Shown here in pieces: positions 18,618 to 26,964 of a DNA stretch of 64,000 bases; positions within the stretch are counted from its first letter, which is position 1; the number at the start of each line of letters is the position of its first letter. The stretch comes from an uncultured virus (IMG/VR IMGVR_UViG_3300009194_000004) (lineage: Duplodnaviria; Heunggongvirae; Uroviricota; Caudoviricetes). The translations under genes and the position numbers were made by a program. The notes beneath the pieces are model-generated. The model saw only the letters and a list, made by a program, of their open reading frames with translations, did not search any database and was not told the DNA's origin. Where the stretch lies: the IMG/VR virus record IMGVR_UViG_3300009194_000004, positions 1 through 64,000 of that record; one strand, 5' to 3'.

Positions 18618-19936
18618 ACAAACGGGAATACTTTTTCACCGCCCTGAAAGCCGGGGCCTGCAAAAAGCGGGCCTGGGTGAACAGTGTGTTTGCGGTGGTT
18701 GAAGACGAACAGTACCCCACACAACCTTTCCCGTACCAGTTGGTGCGGTTACCGGAACACGACCGGTTGATGTTTGCCGACCCCGAACAAGACATGGACT
18801 GGGTAACCATTGAGGACAGCGATCGGGAGACCGCGCTTTGTGCGTTCAAAGAAAAGGTAACATTGAACCCGGGCGAGTTGGCCAACTTCCAGGGTGAGGA
18901 ACCGATCGTTACCGCGTACGGCAACTTGCTGGTGAACTACCTTTTGTTGGTGATTCCATTCGGCGACGCCATTCCTTTCCAAAACGGCAGTGTGGACATC
19001 GGCAAGATCGAGAAAGAAATCCTGGAGCGTTTGATCGACGACCCAGAAGACGACGACGGGGTCAGCTTTGCCCCCGACGGTCAGATCTACGTCCGCCAGT
19101 ATGTGCAGTTCTGTGATTACGCGCTGTCCATGGTGGCGTACACGTCACTGGCCGTGGTGTCATCCACCCCGAAAGCCATGCAGTCGCACCCCAAAGCCCG
19201 TGAGGTTCGAGAAGCGTTGGTTGAGCAGTACAAGGACCAACTGACCGACCCGGCGATCGTGGCGAAAATTGCCGACGCTCTGGAAGAGTTGGATCAGGAG
19301 TGGTTGGCAGACGACCCCACCAAAGACTTCTACGCGGTGAATCCGAAGAAGTCGCGCCCAGCCCGGAAGAAGATGTACTACCTGTTCGGTGGGGAATCGG
19401 CATTCCAGGACGGCACCAGTGTTGAGTTCATTAAGAAATCGCTGGAAGAAGGGATCGACCCCAATCACCTCCCAGCCATGATCAATAGCATCCGGGCCGC
19501 TTCGTATAACCGAGGCGCTCAGACGCAGTTAGGGGGAGAAACCACTAAGACGATCTATCGGATGTTGGGAACCGTCCGTATCGCCGAAGACGACTGCGGT
19601 ACGAAGTTGGGGATTCCCATGCCCATCACCAAACGCAACAAACACCAATACCTTGGTTTTTGGGTCATTGACGGAACCCGAGATATATTGTTGGACAAGG
19701 AGAACATTGAGCGTTACGTAGGTAAATCGCCGTTGCTTCGAGGACCGCTTACCTGTAAGACTGAGGGTAAGAACGTGTGTAAGAAATGCGTGGGTACGAA
19801 ACTCTCTGAACAACCCAACGGCATCGCCGCCACTGCTGCTCAGGTGGGTGGTGCCTTCTTGACCGTGTTCTTGAAGAAGATGCACGCGTCCAGCATTTCC
19901 ACGCATAAGTGGGATTTCAAACAGCGCATTGGTTAA
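18614..19936 (+). CDS. Virion RNA polymerase beta' C-terminal subunit (phiKZ gp80-like)
   Basis: SLEEG, NSIRAASYNRG..TQLGG, EDDCG, RGPLTC..C.KC.G Zn site, FLKKMH. Confidence 0.88.
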   Translation: MNKREYFFTALKAGACKKRAWVNSVFAVVEDEQYPTQPFPYQLVRLPEHDRLMFADPEQDMDWVTIEDSDRETALCAFKEKVTLNPGELANFQGEEPIVTAYGNLLVNYLLLVIPFGDAIPFQNGSVDIGKIEKEILERLIDDPEDDDGVSFAPDGQIYVRQYVQFCDYALSMVAYTSLAVVSSTPKAMQSHPKAREVREALVEQYKDQLTDPAIVAKIADALEELDQEWLADDPTKDFYAVNPKKSRPARKKMYYLFGGESAFQDGTSVEFIKKSLEEGIDPNHLPAMINSIRAASYNRGAQTQLGGETTKTIYRMLGTVRIAEDDCGTKLGIPMPITKRNKHQYLGFWVIDGTRDILLDKENIERYVGKSPLLRGPLTCKTEGKNVCKKCVGTKLSEQPNGIAATAAQVGGAFLTVFLKKMHASSISTHKWDFKQRIG

Positions 19937-20009
19937 GCGCCTGATGGTATGTTTGTCCGTTTGGGACATGGATTACAACTCGTAAACGTGACGTCACAGG
20001 AGACCAGTC

Positions 20010-21104
20010 ATGACTGAAGAAAACCAAACCCCGGAAACTGAGGGTACTGAAACCGCCCCGGAGACTCAAGGTGAAGCGGTTGAGGAAACCACCGATCAGC
20101 AGGGGTCTGAAGATCAGGCGCCTGAGCCTGAAGTTGCCAAGACCGAAAATGGTGTGGTGATCAATGATCCCCAGCGGGCTCAGAAGAAGCTGGCGGACTG
20201 GGAAACGGCGGAACTGACCGCCTACCTTAAGGGCGAACTGGAGAACGTGCCCAAGAACCTGCAGTCCGGTATCGTGAAGGAATACCGTCGCCGGGTGGAA
20301 CTGCCGGAAGCGTGGTCTGAGCAGGAAGTGCTGAACTACTTCCGTCAGGACATCCTGCCGGAGAAGACCGAGAGTGGTCTGTGGGTAAACGACGTTACCC
20401 GCGCCAACCGTGCCCCGGCCGACTGGTCCAACGAAGAACTCGAAGCTTGGGTTCACAATGAGATCAAGCCGGTGGGTAAAGCCAATGCCGGCAAGCTGGC
20501 CCACGAAGTGGTCAACCGTTTCGAACTCTCCGCGTCGCCGAACGACATCAACAAGGTGCGTGCGGAATTTGACCACAAGTTCGCCCAAGAAACCGAAGAC
20601 GACGAATCCACCGAGCAGGCCACTCCGGAACCTGCCAAACCCACCGCGCCGAAAGTGGCCGAACCAGTTGGAGCCCTGACTGCAATGAACGTCAGTTTCA
20701 TCGACACTACCCTGGAAAACTACGTCCGTGCGGTAAGCCCGAATGCCCAGGTCGGCGAAGAAGAAGGTGGTAAAGCCCAGCGTTCCCTGGAAAGCCTGTT
20801 CCAGTACGTACTGCGCCTGGAAGGTAAAGCCCTGAAGGATGGCCTGAATCGTGTGAATGCGTTCATCAACAAGCACCGTGATGGCGTGTTCTCTCCGAGC
20901 AATGCGTACCGCTTCGTTCATCACCTGAAAGGCAACCCGAAACACCAGGTCCAGCACGTCAACATGATTGAGTTGTTCCTGATGACCGGCGATGCCAACC
21001 AGGCCCGTCGCCAGCAAGTCGATATGCGCCATATGCTGAAGGAACTCCCCAACGACAAGATCGAGCTGTTGGTGGACTACTTCAAGAACCACGCTCCAGC
21101 GTAA
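20010..21104 (+). CDS. Conserved hypothetical (phiKZ gp81-like)
   Basis: AGGAG SD; 364 aa with high-expression codon bias; W..EEL..W/Y repeats; C-terminal GVFS...YRF motif. Confidence 0.7.
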   Translation: MTEENQTPETEGTETAPETQGEAVEETTDQQGSEDQAPEPEVAKTENGVVINDPQRAQKKLADWETAELTAYLKGELENVPKNLQSGIVKEYRRRVELPEAWSEQEVLNYFRQDILPEKTESGLWVNDVTRANRAPADWSNEELEAWVHNEIKPVGKANAGKLAHEVVNRFELSASPNDINKVRAEFDHKFAQETEDDESTEQATPEPAKPTAPKVAEPVGALTAMNVSFIDTTLENYVRAVSPNAQVGEEEGGKAQRSLESLFQYVLRLEGKALKDGLNRVNAFINKHRDGVFSPSNAYRFVHHLKGNPKHQVQHVNMIELFLMTGDANQARRQQVDMRHMLKELPNDKIELLVDYFKNHAPA

Positions 21105-21107
21105 CAC

Positions 21108-21140
21108 CATAGAGCCCTCCTACAGGAGGGCTCTATGTCG
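21108..21140 (+). terminator. Terminator-like hairpin
   Basis: CATAGAGCCCTCC-taca-GGAGGGCTCTATG. Confidence 0.75.
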
Positions 21141-21158
21141 ATCGACCAAATTACACAT

Positions 21159-21177
21159 CTATATCACCCAAGTGAAT
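21159..21177 (+). promoter_or_regulatory. Putative early phage promoter
   Basis: CTATATCAC-ccaag-TGAAT; the same motif recurs at 23456, 51516, 52362 and 62475; resembles the phiKZ early TATATTAC. Confidence 0.75.
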
Positions 21178-21212
21178 CCCCTACGAAGTAATCACTGTAC
21201 CGGAGAATAATT

Positions 21213-21797
21213 ATGTTAACCATACACACTGGAAAACCACGGTTTGAGATCATGTTCACCAAGACCCACGACAAAGGACACCTGATATGGACGTTAAACT
21301 TCCCGTACCTACTGCGGCTAATTTATCGCAACCGTCTCATGTTGCTCGACCCGGATACGTTGCCAAAAGCGGTACTGTTTGGACGGGGCGTTACCCTGTT
21401 TGACATCGAACTCGGATTATTGGGATTTCGCTACAACATCAAATGGCGCGGTCGGAAGTGGGCGAAGACCGTCTCTCTGTTGGACATAATGCTAGGTAAG
21501 AAAGAACAACAGGTGTATCCAGCCAAGAACCCAAAGACCGTACCAATCACCAAATCAAACGGCAATCGGTACCAACTGGTGTGGGGGCGACAGTACACCA
21601 AGAGAGCCAGGCTACCGTTTGGTAGAACCACCAAACGTGGCTGGTTGGTGATCCCCATCAAGGCACCGCATGACCCTGTTTTAAACACGATGGTGTTCGA
21701 GGACTCGGTCCATTTTCACGAGTACCTGAAAACAACCGCCGACTTTAAACAACATTTAGAGCAACTTGCTGAGGAGGGTCGACACGACCACGGTTAG
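21213..21797 (+). CDS. Hypothetical basic protein
   Basis: GGAG SD; 194 aa; downstream of the promoter motif. Confidence 0.7.
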   Translation: MLTIHTGKPRFEIMFTKTHDKGHLIWTLNFPYLLRLIYRNRLMLLDPDTLPKAVLFGRGVTLFDIELGLLGFRYNIKWRGRKWAKTVSLLDIMLGKKEQQVYPAKNPKTVPITKSNGNRYQLVWGRQYTKRARLPFGRTTKRGWLVIPIKAPHDPVLNTMVFEDSVHFHEYLKTTADFKQHLEQLAEEGRHDHG

Positions 21798-21921
21798 TCT
21801 GGCAGCCGGTAAATCGGATTGGGACCCGCCGTTCGCACCATCATACACCCCGGATGAGATGTTAGCATCGAAGAACAACAAAAGAAAAAACCACCAACCT
21901 TGTGAGCCTGATTATGTTTGA
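21784..21921 (+). pseudogene. Possible truncated gene remnant (F.PSYTPDEML motif, ACG start)
   Basis: GAGGAGG SD followed by ACG instead of ATG; frame encodes TTVSLAAGKSDWDPPFAPSYTPDEML and then degenerates. Confidence 0.35.
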
Positions 21922-22486
21922 CTACAAAGCGCAACTGGACGACCTTAAAAAGGAACTGGATATGCTCCAGAAACACATAAAAGATAAACTGAACAGCGGC
22001 GATGATCCGACGGAGCTGTGCCGGGACGTACGACATGTTCTGAAGCGGCTTTCGATGGATCGGGACTTCGTGGTTGAGGACTACCTGGGCATGACCGAAG
22101 AGGAGTTTCGTGAAACAGTCCGGACGCTGTTGACGGAAGTCATCGGAGATAACCTGGTGGCAGATAGCGTCATCCAAGACAGCCAGCGGGTCCTTGATGA
22201 AGTCGGACTGGAGTGTCCGAGCTGGCGCGTTGAACCCTGGGATCAACGGGTGGCGCGAGACGCCGCCAAGATGCTGACCGCACAACAGTTCGTTGAGGGT
22301 CTGGTATTAAAGGAAGGTGTGTTCTACCGTGCCCCATGGACTGCTTCCGAAGGTGAGCACCACCGAACGAACAAGAAGATCGCATCGATCTTAACTCAAC
22401 CCCCAAAACATCGACGAATTGTATTGACTGGAATCGAAGTCATCGTCGAAGAACTGAAGAAACCTAAACTCATGCGAGGAGACTGA
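21902..22486 (+). CDS. Hypothetical protein (start probably ATG 21914)
   Basis: ORF track; coding-like composition. Confidence 0.7.
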   Translation: MSLIMFDYKAQLDDLKKELDMLQKHIKDKLNSGDDPTELCRDVRHVLKRLSMDRDFVVEDYLGMTEEEFRETVRTLLTEVIGDNLVADSVIQDSQRVLDEVGLECPSWRVEPWDQRVARDAAKMLTAQQFVEGLVLKEGVFYRAPWTASEGEHHRTNKKIASILTQPPKHRRIVLTGIEVIVEELKKPKLMRGD

Positions 22487-22487
22487 C

Positions 22488-22865
22488 ATGCAACGCGAAG
22501 ACTTTACCAAAGAGATGAACACCAAGATCACCGAACTGGTCAGTGATACCAAAATCCACAGCGACATCATCAGTCGCGGTCAGCAGTTGATCGATGGTCT
22601 TGAAGGGACCGTAGACGACGACAACGAGTGGGACGGGGAATTCGCCGACCTTTACCTCGGTACCATCGACCGCGATTACCTGTTCCGGGGCGCTGAAGTG
22701 ATTAACGGCGTGGCGGTACCTGAAAGCAACCCCACTGATGAAGAGTTGGGCGAGGCGATCGAAATGATCAAGGGGCAGGCCCGCTTAATGCCTAACGCCG
22801 CTCGCGTGGTGATGTTTGAAGCGTCCCGTTCGATCCAGAACGTTCTGGCCGCAAACCCCGCGTAA
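22488..22865 (+). CDS. Hypothetical acidic protein, paralog of 23519..23902
   Basis: GAGGAG SD; DDNEWDGEFAD and NPTDEELGEAI match motifs in 23519..23902. Confidence 0.75.
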   Translation: MQREDFTKEMNTKITELVSDTKIHSDIISRGQQLIDGLEGTVDDDNEWDGEFADLYLGTIDRDYLFRGAEVINGVAVPESNPTDEELGEAIEMIKGQARLMPNAARVVMFEASRSIQNVLAANPA

Positions 22866-22878
22866 ACCACCAAAGGAC

Positions 22879-23238
22879 ATGGGTCACCGTGTCCTTTATG
22901 TCGACATGAGGAACAACATGACAACCGGTATTGCTGTTATCAAGAAAACCACACTGGATAAGGCTTTAGAAAAAGCCAAGCGAAAACCAGGACGGTATGA
23001 GGGTGCGTTCATGCCCGGGGAGTGGGTACGAATGAAAGCCAATGTTGATCGTAATAACGAGATGTTTGTGGACGCTCGAATTGTGAGCGTTACGTGGCTA
23101 CATAATGCGGATGTTCCTGTCTATTCAGTTGCTTTACCTATTGAAGGTTGTCCGGAACTGTTAGCTCGGACCGAAGCCCGCATTCCACATCCATGGTTGG
23201 TACACAAAGATGCCCCCAACCTGAAACTCATCACCTAA
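22879..23238 (+). CDS. Hypothetical protein (SH3-like FxPGEWVR pattern); exact start uncertain
   Basis: In-frame ATGs downstream of the previous stop; GAGG SD before MTTG. Confidence 0.65.
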   Translation: MGHRVLYVDMRNNMTTGIAVIKKTTLDKALEKAKRKPGRYEGAFMPGEWVRMKANVDRNNEMFVDARIVSVTWLHNADVPVYSVALPIEGCPELLARTEARIPHPWLVHKDAPNLKLIT

Positions 23239-23254
23239 CATATCGAGGTGACCC

Positions 23255-23431
23255 ATGCCCAGCAAAAGTGAGAAACAGGTCCGTCTGATGCGGGCAGCGG
23301 CACACGACAAAGAGTTCGCTGACCGTGTTGGGATCGATCAAGAAACCGCCAAGGAGTGGGTTGAAGCTGACCAAGCTAAGAAGCGACAAACGACGGGTAA
23401 CGAAGACCGTCCCCCGTATCTGGATTGGTAA
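23255..23431 (+). CDS. Small conserved phage protein (58 aa, MPSKSEKQ..M.AAAH..F...VGI type); below the ORF-track cutoff
   Basis: GAGGTG SD; translates MPSKSEKQVRLMRAAAHDKEFADRVGIDQETAKEWVEADQAKKRQTTGNEDRPPYLDW. Confidence 0.8.
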   Translation: MPSKSEKQVRLMRAAAHDKEFADRVGIDQETAKEWVEADQAKKRQTTGNEDRPPYLDW

Positions 23432-23455
23432 TCTTTAATCAATTGCAATTGACGT

Positions 23456-23474
23456 CTATATCACTTAGATGAAT
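23456..23474 (+). promoter_or_regulatory. Putative early phage promoter
   Basis: CTATATCAC-ttaga-TGAAT. Confidence 0.75.
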
Positions 23475-23518
23475 CCAGTACTCACTGGAACTAAAACCCA
23501 AGTCGCAGGAGACTTATT

Positions 23519-23902
23519 ATGAACAAAGAACAATTTTCAATTCTAATGACCCACGATGTTGAAGCCATGTTCGCCGACTACCGTTTTTCTGAAACTTTCA
23601 TCGAACGTGGCGAGAAGGCACTTACTGCGTTGCCTCCGGTAAACGATGACTCCTGGAACGAAGAGTTCGCCGAACATGTGCTCACGAAGCTCAAAGAAGA
23701 AGACACCGATCGGTTCTTGAAATGCACTGTGATCAAAGACAATGTCGTTTATCCAGAGAACGAGAACCCCACCACAGAGGAAATCGAAGACGAAATCCTT
23801 CACCTCGCGGCGGCCACCGATGGCATTCCAGAGGACTGTGTAGCGGTCCTTGTGGAAATAGCTCAAGTGTTCCAAAACGTCATCACGGATCGAGCGGTCT
23901 GA
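23519..23902 (+). CDS. Hypothetical acidic protein, paralog of 22488..22865
   Basis: AGGAG SD; NDDSWNEEFAE and NPTTEEIEDEI; followed by a TTCG hairpin terminator at ~23913-23955. Confidence 0.75.
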   Translation: MNKEQFSILMTHDVEAMFADYRFSETFIERGEKALTALPPVNDDSWNEEFAEHVLTKLKEEDTDRFLKCTVIKDNVVYPENENPTTEEIEDEILHLAAATDGIPEDCVAVLVEIAQVFQNVITDRAV

Positions 23903-23977
23903 AGCGACAAGTGGGCGGTGCTTCGGCACCGCCCAACTTACCTCTTTTTTTTTTATTTACTCAGGGTGTAATTATAT

Positions 23978-24108
23978 GTGAAGGTACTTGTGTTGCTCAG
24001 GTGCCGACTCAGGGGTCTCCGGGCGGTCATACTCGGAGTTCTCTTTACGGTTCGATTCCTTTTGTTTTGCAGTTAACATCCCTCCCCGTTTTGGGGAGGG
24101 CTTTTTTT
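23978..24108 (+). ncRNA. Candidate small structured ncRNA
   Basis: TATG motif at 23975-23978, two hairpins, a T-loop-like GGTTCGATTCC and its own terminator at 24080-24108; no credible SD-led ORF. Confidence 0.35.
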
Positions 24109-24129
24109 ACGTCTAACAGGGTCAGTGCC

Positions 24130-24618
24130 ATGAATACCAAGTTACCGCTGGAGACCATGATTGTGGGTGAGATCCACACCAGTCAGAAATCGATCAAACG
24201 TGTTGTTGAACTCACGGAGATGTTCAAACCGGACATCTTGCTCCATGAGTTACTGTACGATGACCTCTGTATGACGCCTGATGTCATTAAGGAACGACTC
24301 CGTAAGTGTCGGATGGGATCACTATGCGACCCACGATTGAACAAGGACATATACGAGTTGGGACACCGGTTGGAGTTACCGTTGGTGGGTATTGACTTGC
24401 CAAGAGGTGGGACGTTTCGAGAGCGGGAGACCCACATGGTGTCGAAAATTGAAAGCTGGTACCGCAGGCATCGCGTCTTGGTGGTAGTTGGCGATACCCA
24501 CCTTAGGGACCGACCCATCCCGCGTGTTCCTCACCGTTCGTTGATCCGGGACCGGTTTGACAACGACCCCAAGGTAACGATCAGTCGTGTCCCACAACAC
24601 CTTCGGGAGGTTCGATAA
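24130..24618 (+). CDS. Putative ChaN/TraB/EreA-fold metal-binding protein
   Basis: IVGEIH, LLHE and VLVVVGDTHL motifs; start taken at ATG 24130 after the terminator. Confidence 0.55.
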   Translation: MNTKLPLETMIVGEIHTSQKSIKRVVELTEMFKPDILLHELLYDDLCMTPDVIKERLRKCRMGSLCDPRLNKDIYELGHRLELPLVGIDLPRGGTFRERETHMVSKIESWYRRHRVLVVVGDTHLRDRPIPRVPHRSLIRDRFDNDPKVTISRVPQHLREVR

Positions 24619-24658
24619 AACAATGGTATGTTTCTAAACCTACTGGAAGGAAAATGGA

Positions 24659-25576
24659 ATGCGGGATCTACTTGAGAAAAACTTCCCCTTGGGCACCACC
24701 GAGACCAGCGCTGCGGACATTGAACAGTCAATGACTGTCTCGGCTGAAGGTTTTCGGGATGTGTTTAATAAACTGTTTGGTGGTGGTAAGGTCGCGAAAA
24801 CCGACGACACCAACGGGAACATGGACTGGTACCGCCAGCACGTTATTGACGGTAAGGTAAAGGATCTACAGCTTCGTTCGGCTGGACACGTTCTGTTTGG
24901 ACCACGGTTTGCGCCGTTTATGGGTCGTGGCACCACCCAGGTCGTGGACTTTGTACGTGAGGCCAAAAAAGACCTGGTAATGTATCAAGGGTTGTTCAAT
25001 AAGTACCAGCCGAAAGCAGCGGATAACAACCGCAAGCTGCAGAAGATCGAAACCGAGGCAGCGCAGTTCCTGAAACGGGACACCCACCCTGAGGGGCTGG
25101 ACGAATTCATCAAACTGATGGAAAAGTGGGACACTTGGATCACACCTCTCAACGGGTTGTTTCGTGATCCGTCTCACGTGTTCTTGGGTTACGGCAAAAC
25201 CTCGTTTTTGTCGGAAGGTGGTATGTTCGCAGGCGGGCCCGGTACCCTCGACAAAAAGAAAACCCTTCAGTCCGTTAAGATGTCGCTGTTGAAGGAAGAC
25301 GAGGTCAACCCATTGGTGGGCCTCATTGAACAAGCCGCTCTGTTGATGTATCGGTGTTCCGAGGTAACCGAAGACGCCATGGGGATCGATTTGACCGACC
25401 CACCGTTCCGAGGTTACTACGCCGAAGCGATCGAGGCTCGGGATGAAGGGTTCAAGGCCCAGTTTGCACACCCGGATTATGAGATGATCAACACCGACCT
25501 GTTTGTGGACCTCAATACCCGTGTGGGTGAGTTGATGAATGCGATGGTGGCGTACCTGAAGCATTCAGCGGTGTAA
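24659..25576 (+). CDS. Putative virion head protein with propeptide
   Basis: VSAE|GFRDVFNKLFG resembles the S/A/G-x-E prohead-protease site of phiKZ head proteins; TATG motif upstream. Confidence 0.65.
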   Translation: MRDLLEKNFPLGTTETSAADIEQSMTVSAEGFRDVFNKLFGGGKVAKTDDTNGNMDWYRQHVIDGKVKDLQLRSAGHVLFGPRFAPFMGRGTTQVVDFVREAKKDLVMYQGLFNKYQPKAADNNRKLQKIETEAAQFLKRDTHPEGLDEFIKLMEKWDTWITPLNGLFRDPSHVFLGYGKTSFLSEGGMFAGGPGTLDKKKTLQSVKMSLLKEDEVNPLVGLIEQAALLMYRCSEVTEDAMGIDLTDPPFRGYYAEAIEARDEGFKAQFAHPDYEMINTDLFVDLNTRVGELMNAMVAYLKHSAV

Positions 25577-25614
25577 CGACATAGCTGCCTCCCCAAGGGG
25601 AGGCGTCTATGCCG
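25577..25614. terminator. Bidirectional terminator
   Basis: GCCTCCC-caag-GGGAGGC flanked by TATGYCG on both strands; between convergent genes. Confidence 0.75.
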
Positions 25615-25635
25615 ACGATCGTTTACTTTTTTTTT

Positions 25636-26562
25636 TTATTTCAGGGTGTCGATCACGAAGTTCATGTGGAAGTTGCGCATCTGTTCGTGACAGTACCCGC
25701 GTGTGCCAAACTGGGGCGACCATTCAAAGAAGCCCAAGTCGCCAGTCTTGGTCCGATACAGATCAACCGACCCCAACCTGATGTCGAACAATTCGATCAG
25801 CGCTTCGATCTGTTCGACCTCGGTAGTGGTGAACAGGTCTTTATAGTCCAACAGCTCAGCAGGTGCACCCGACAACGGGGTGTTCAAATCGAGATTGGCT
25901 TGCCGGTATTCCTTTTCTTGAATCCCACGTTCGAGGGCGAGACGTTGGTGACCACCCACCAGCAGGCGATACTCCGCAGTAATGCCTTCAACGTACTCGG
26001 TGATCAGGATTTTGTCATGGGTGAATGGGCCGGATGCGCTATCTGGGTAGCGGTCTGTGAACACAACGTCGGGGAACCGTTCTTTTAGCGAGTCCATGGA
26101 TTCGTCACAACACACCCTCAAGAAGTTATCCAACTGATGCGTCGGTACCACTGCTTGGTCACACCCACGAGCGCCGTTCTCGCGCTTCACAACGACCTTT
26201 CCTTTTAATGGGTGTCCGAACTCAGACACACCCATGGCAAAGTGACCACGGCCTTCTGTGTGGTACAGTGTCGGGGTTTCCATGATCTGTTGATCGGCCA
26301 TCAGTAGTCGAGTCATCTGCAACGACTTGGCTTCCCGTGTAAACGGGATATAATACTCACCCATCAACAACTGAGCCCGTTTGTTCACCTTACTGCTGAA
26401 ATCAAAGTACCAATCGCAGTTTGCTTCCACCACGTCCCCGTCCTGTTCAATCACTGGGTTTTGGTGAATGACGTATCGGGTTTTCCCGTGGTAAAACGAC
26501 GGCGGAAGGTAATGGATGTTGTCCACCCCTTTGTTATTAATGCCGATCACTACCGTTTTCAT
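25636..26562 (-). CDS. ATP-grasp (RimK-like) ligase
   Basis: VVVKRENGARG, LITEYVEG..EYRLLVGG, SVDL and FFEWSPQFG match the ATP-grasp motif order. Confidence 0.75.
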   Translation of the reverse strand: MKTVVIGINNKGVDNIHYLPPSFYHGKTRYVIHQNPVIEQDGDVVEANCDWYFDFSSKVNKRAQLLMGEYYIPFTREAKSLQMTRLLMADQQIMETPTLYHTEGRGHFAMGVSEFGHPLKGKVVVKRENGARGCDQAVVPTHQLDNFLRVCCDESMDSLKERFPDVVFTDRYPDSASGPFTHDKILITEYVEGITAEYRLLVGGHQRLALERGIQEKEYRQANLDLNTPLSGAPAELLDYKDLFTTTEVEQIEALIELFDIRLGSVDLYRTKTGDLGFFEWSPQFGTRGYCHEQMRNFHMNFVIDTLK

Positions 26563-26589
26563 GAAATCGATTCCTTTTTCTTTTATGGG

Positions 26590-26964
26590 TTAGGTTTGGT
26601 TCAAAATGTCCGCCAGGGCCCGGGCCTGACTGATGGGGGTGGTGGCAAACCGATCCGACAGTAAATAGTCGTGGTCTTTGGTCAAACCTCTGAGTTCGTC
26701 AATGAGGTGTGGGTTTTCATTTGCCCACTGTTCCCACAGAGCCCGATAGGCAAGGTACAATTCCTCGCCTTGCCAGTTTCCTCTCGGAGGTTTGCCTTTC
26801 CCAACGCGCCAGTCGTCCACACCGAGCACACCGTAGCCTTTTACAGTCAACTGGTAATGCTCTTCAATGGAGTATCCATCCGACAACCGAGCGACTAAAG
26901 CAGAGAAACGTCGGTCGCCTCGGGTTGAGAGTTCGTATCCGCCGAACCGGGCCCATCGGACTTT
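26590..26964 (-). CDS. NADAR-like phage protein domain lacking its own start; possible -1 frameshift extension of the PolB exonuclease subunit
   Basis: Frame reads KVRWARFGGYELSTRGDRRFSALVARLSDGYSIEEHYQ..KGY..GKGKPP..SQARALA upstream of the called TTG at 26886, with no ATG/GTG/TTG; begins at the A_AAA_AAG heptamer. Confidence 0.6.
   Translation of the reverse strand, partial: KVRWARFGGYELSTRGDRRFSALVARLSDGYSIEEHYQLTVKGYGVLGVDDWRVGKGKPPRGNWQGEELYLAYRALWEQWANENPHLIDELRGLTKDHDYLLSDRFATTPISQARALADILNQT

Noticed and set aside
24049..24059. tRNA gene suggested by GGTTCGATTCC
   Set aside because: No acceptor, D or anticodon arms can be built and the T-stem has only 2 bp; kept only as part of an ncRNA candidate
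23722..24129. N-terminal half of the 298-aa ORF 23722..24618
   Set aside because: Crosses another gene and two terminators; the real start is probably ATG 24130
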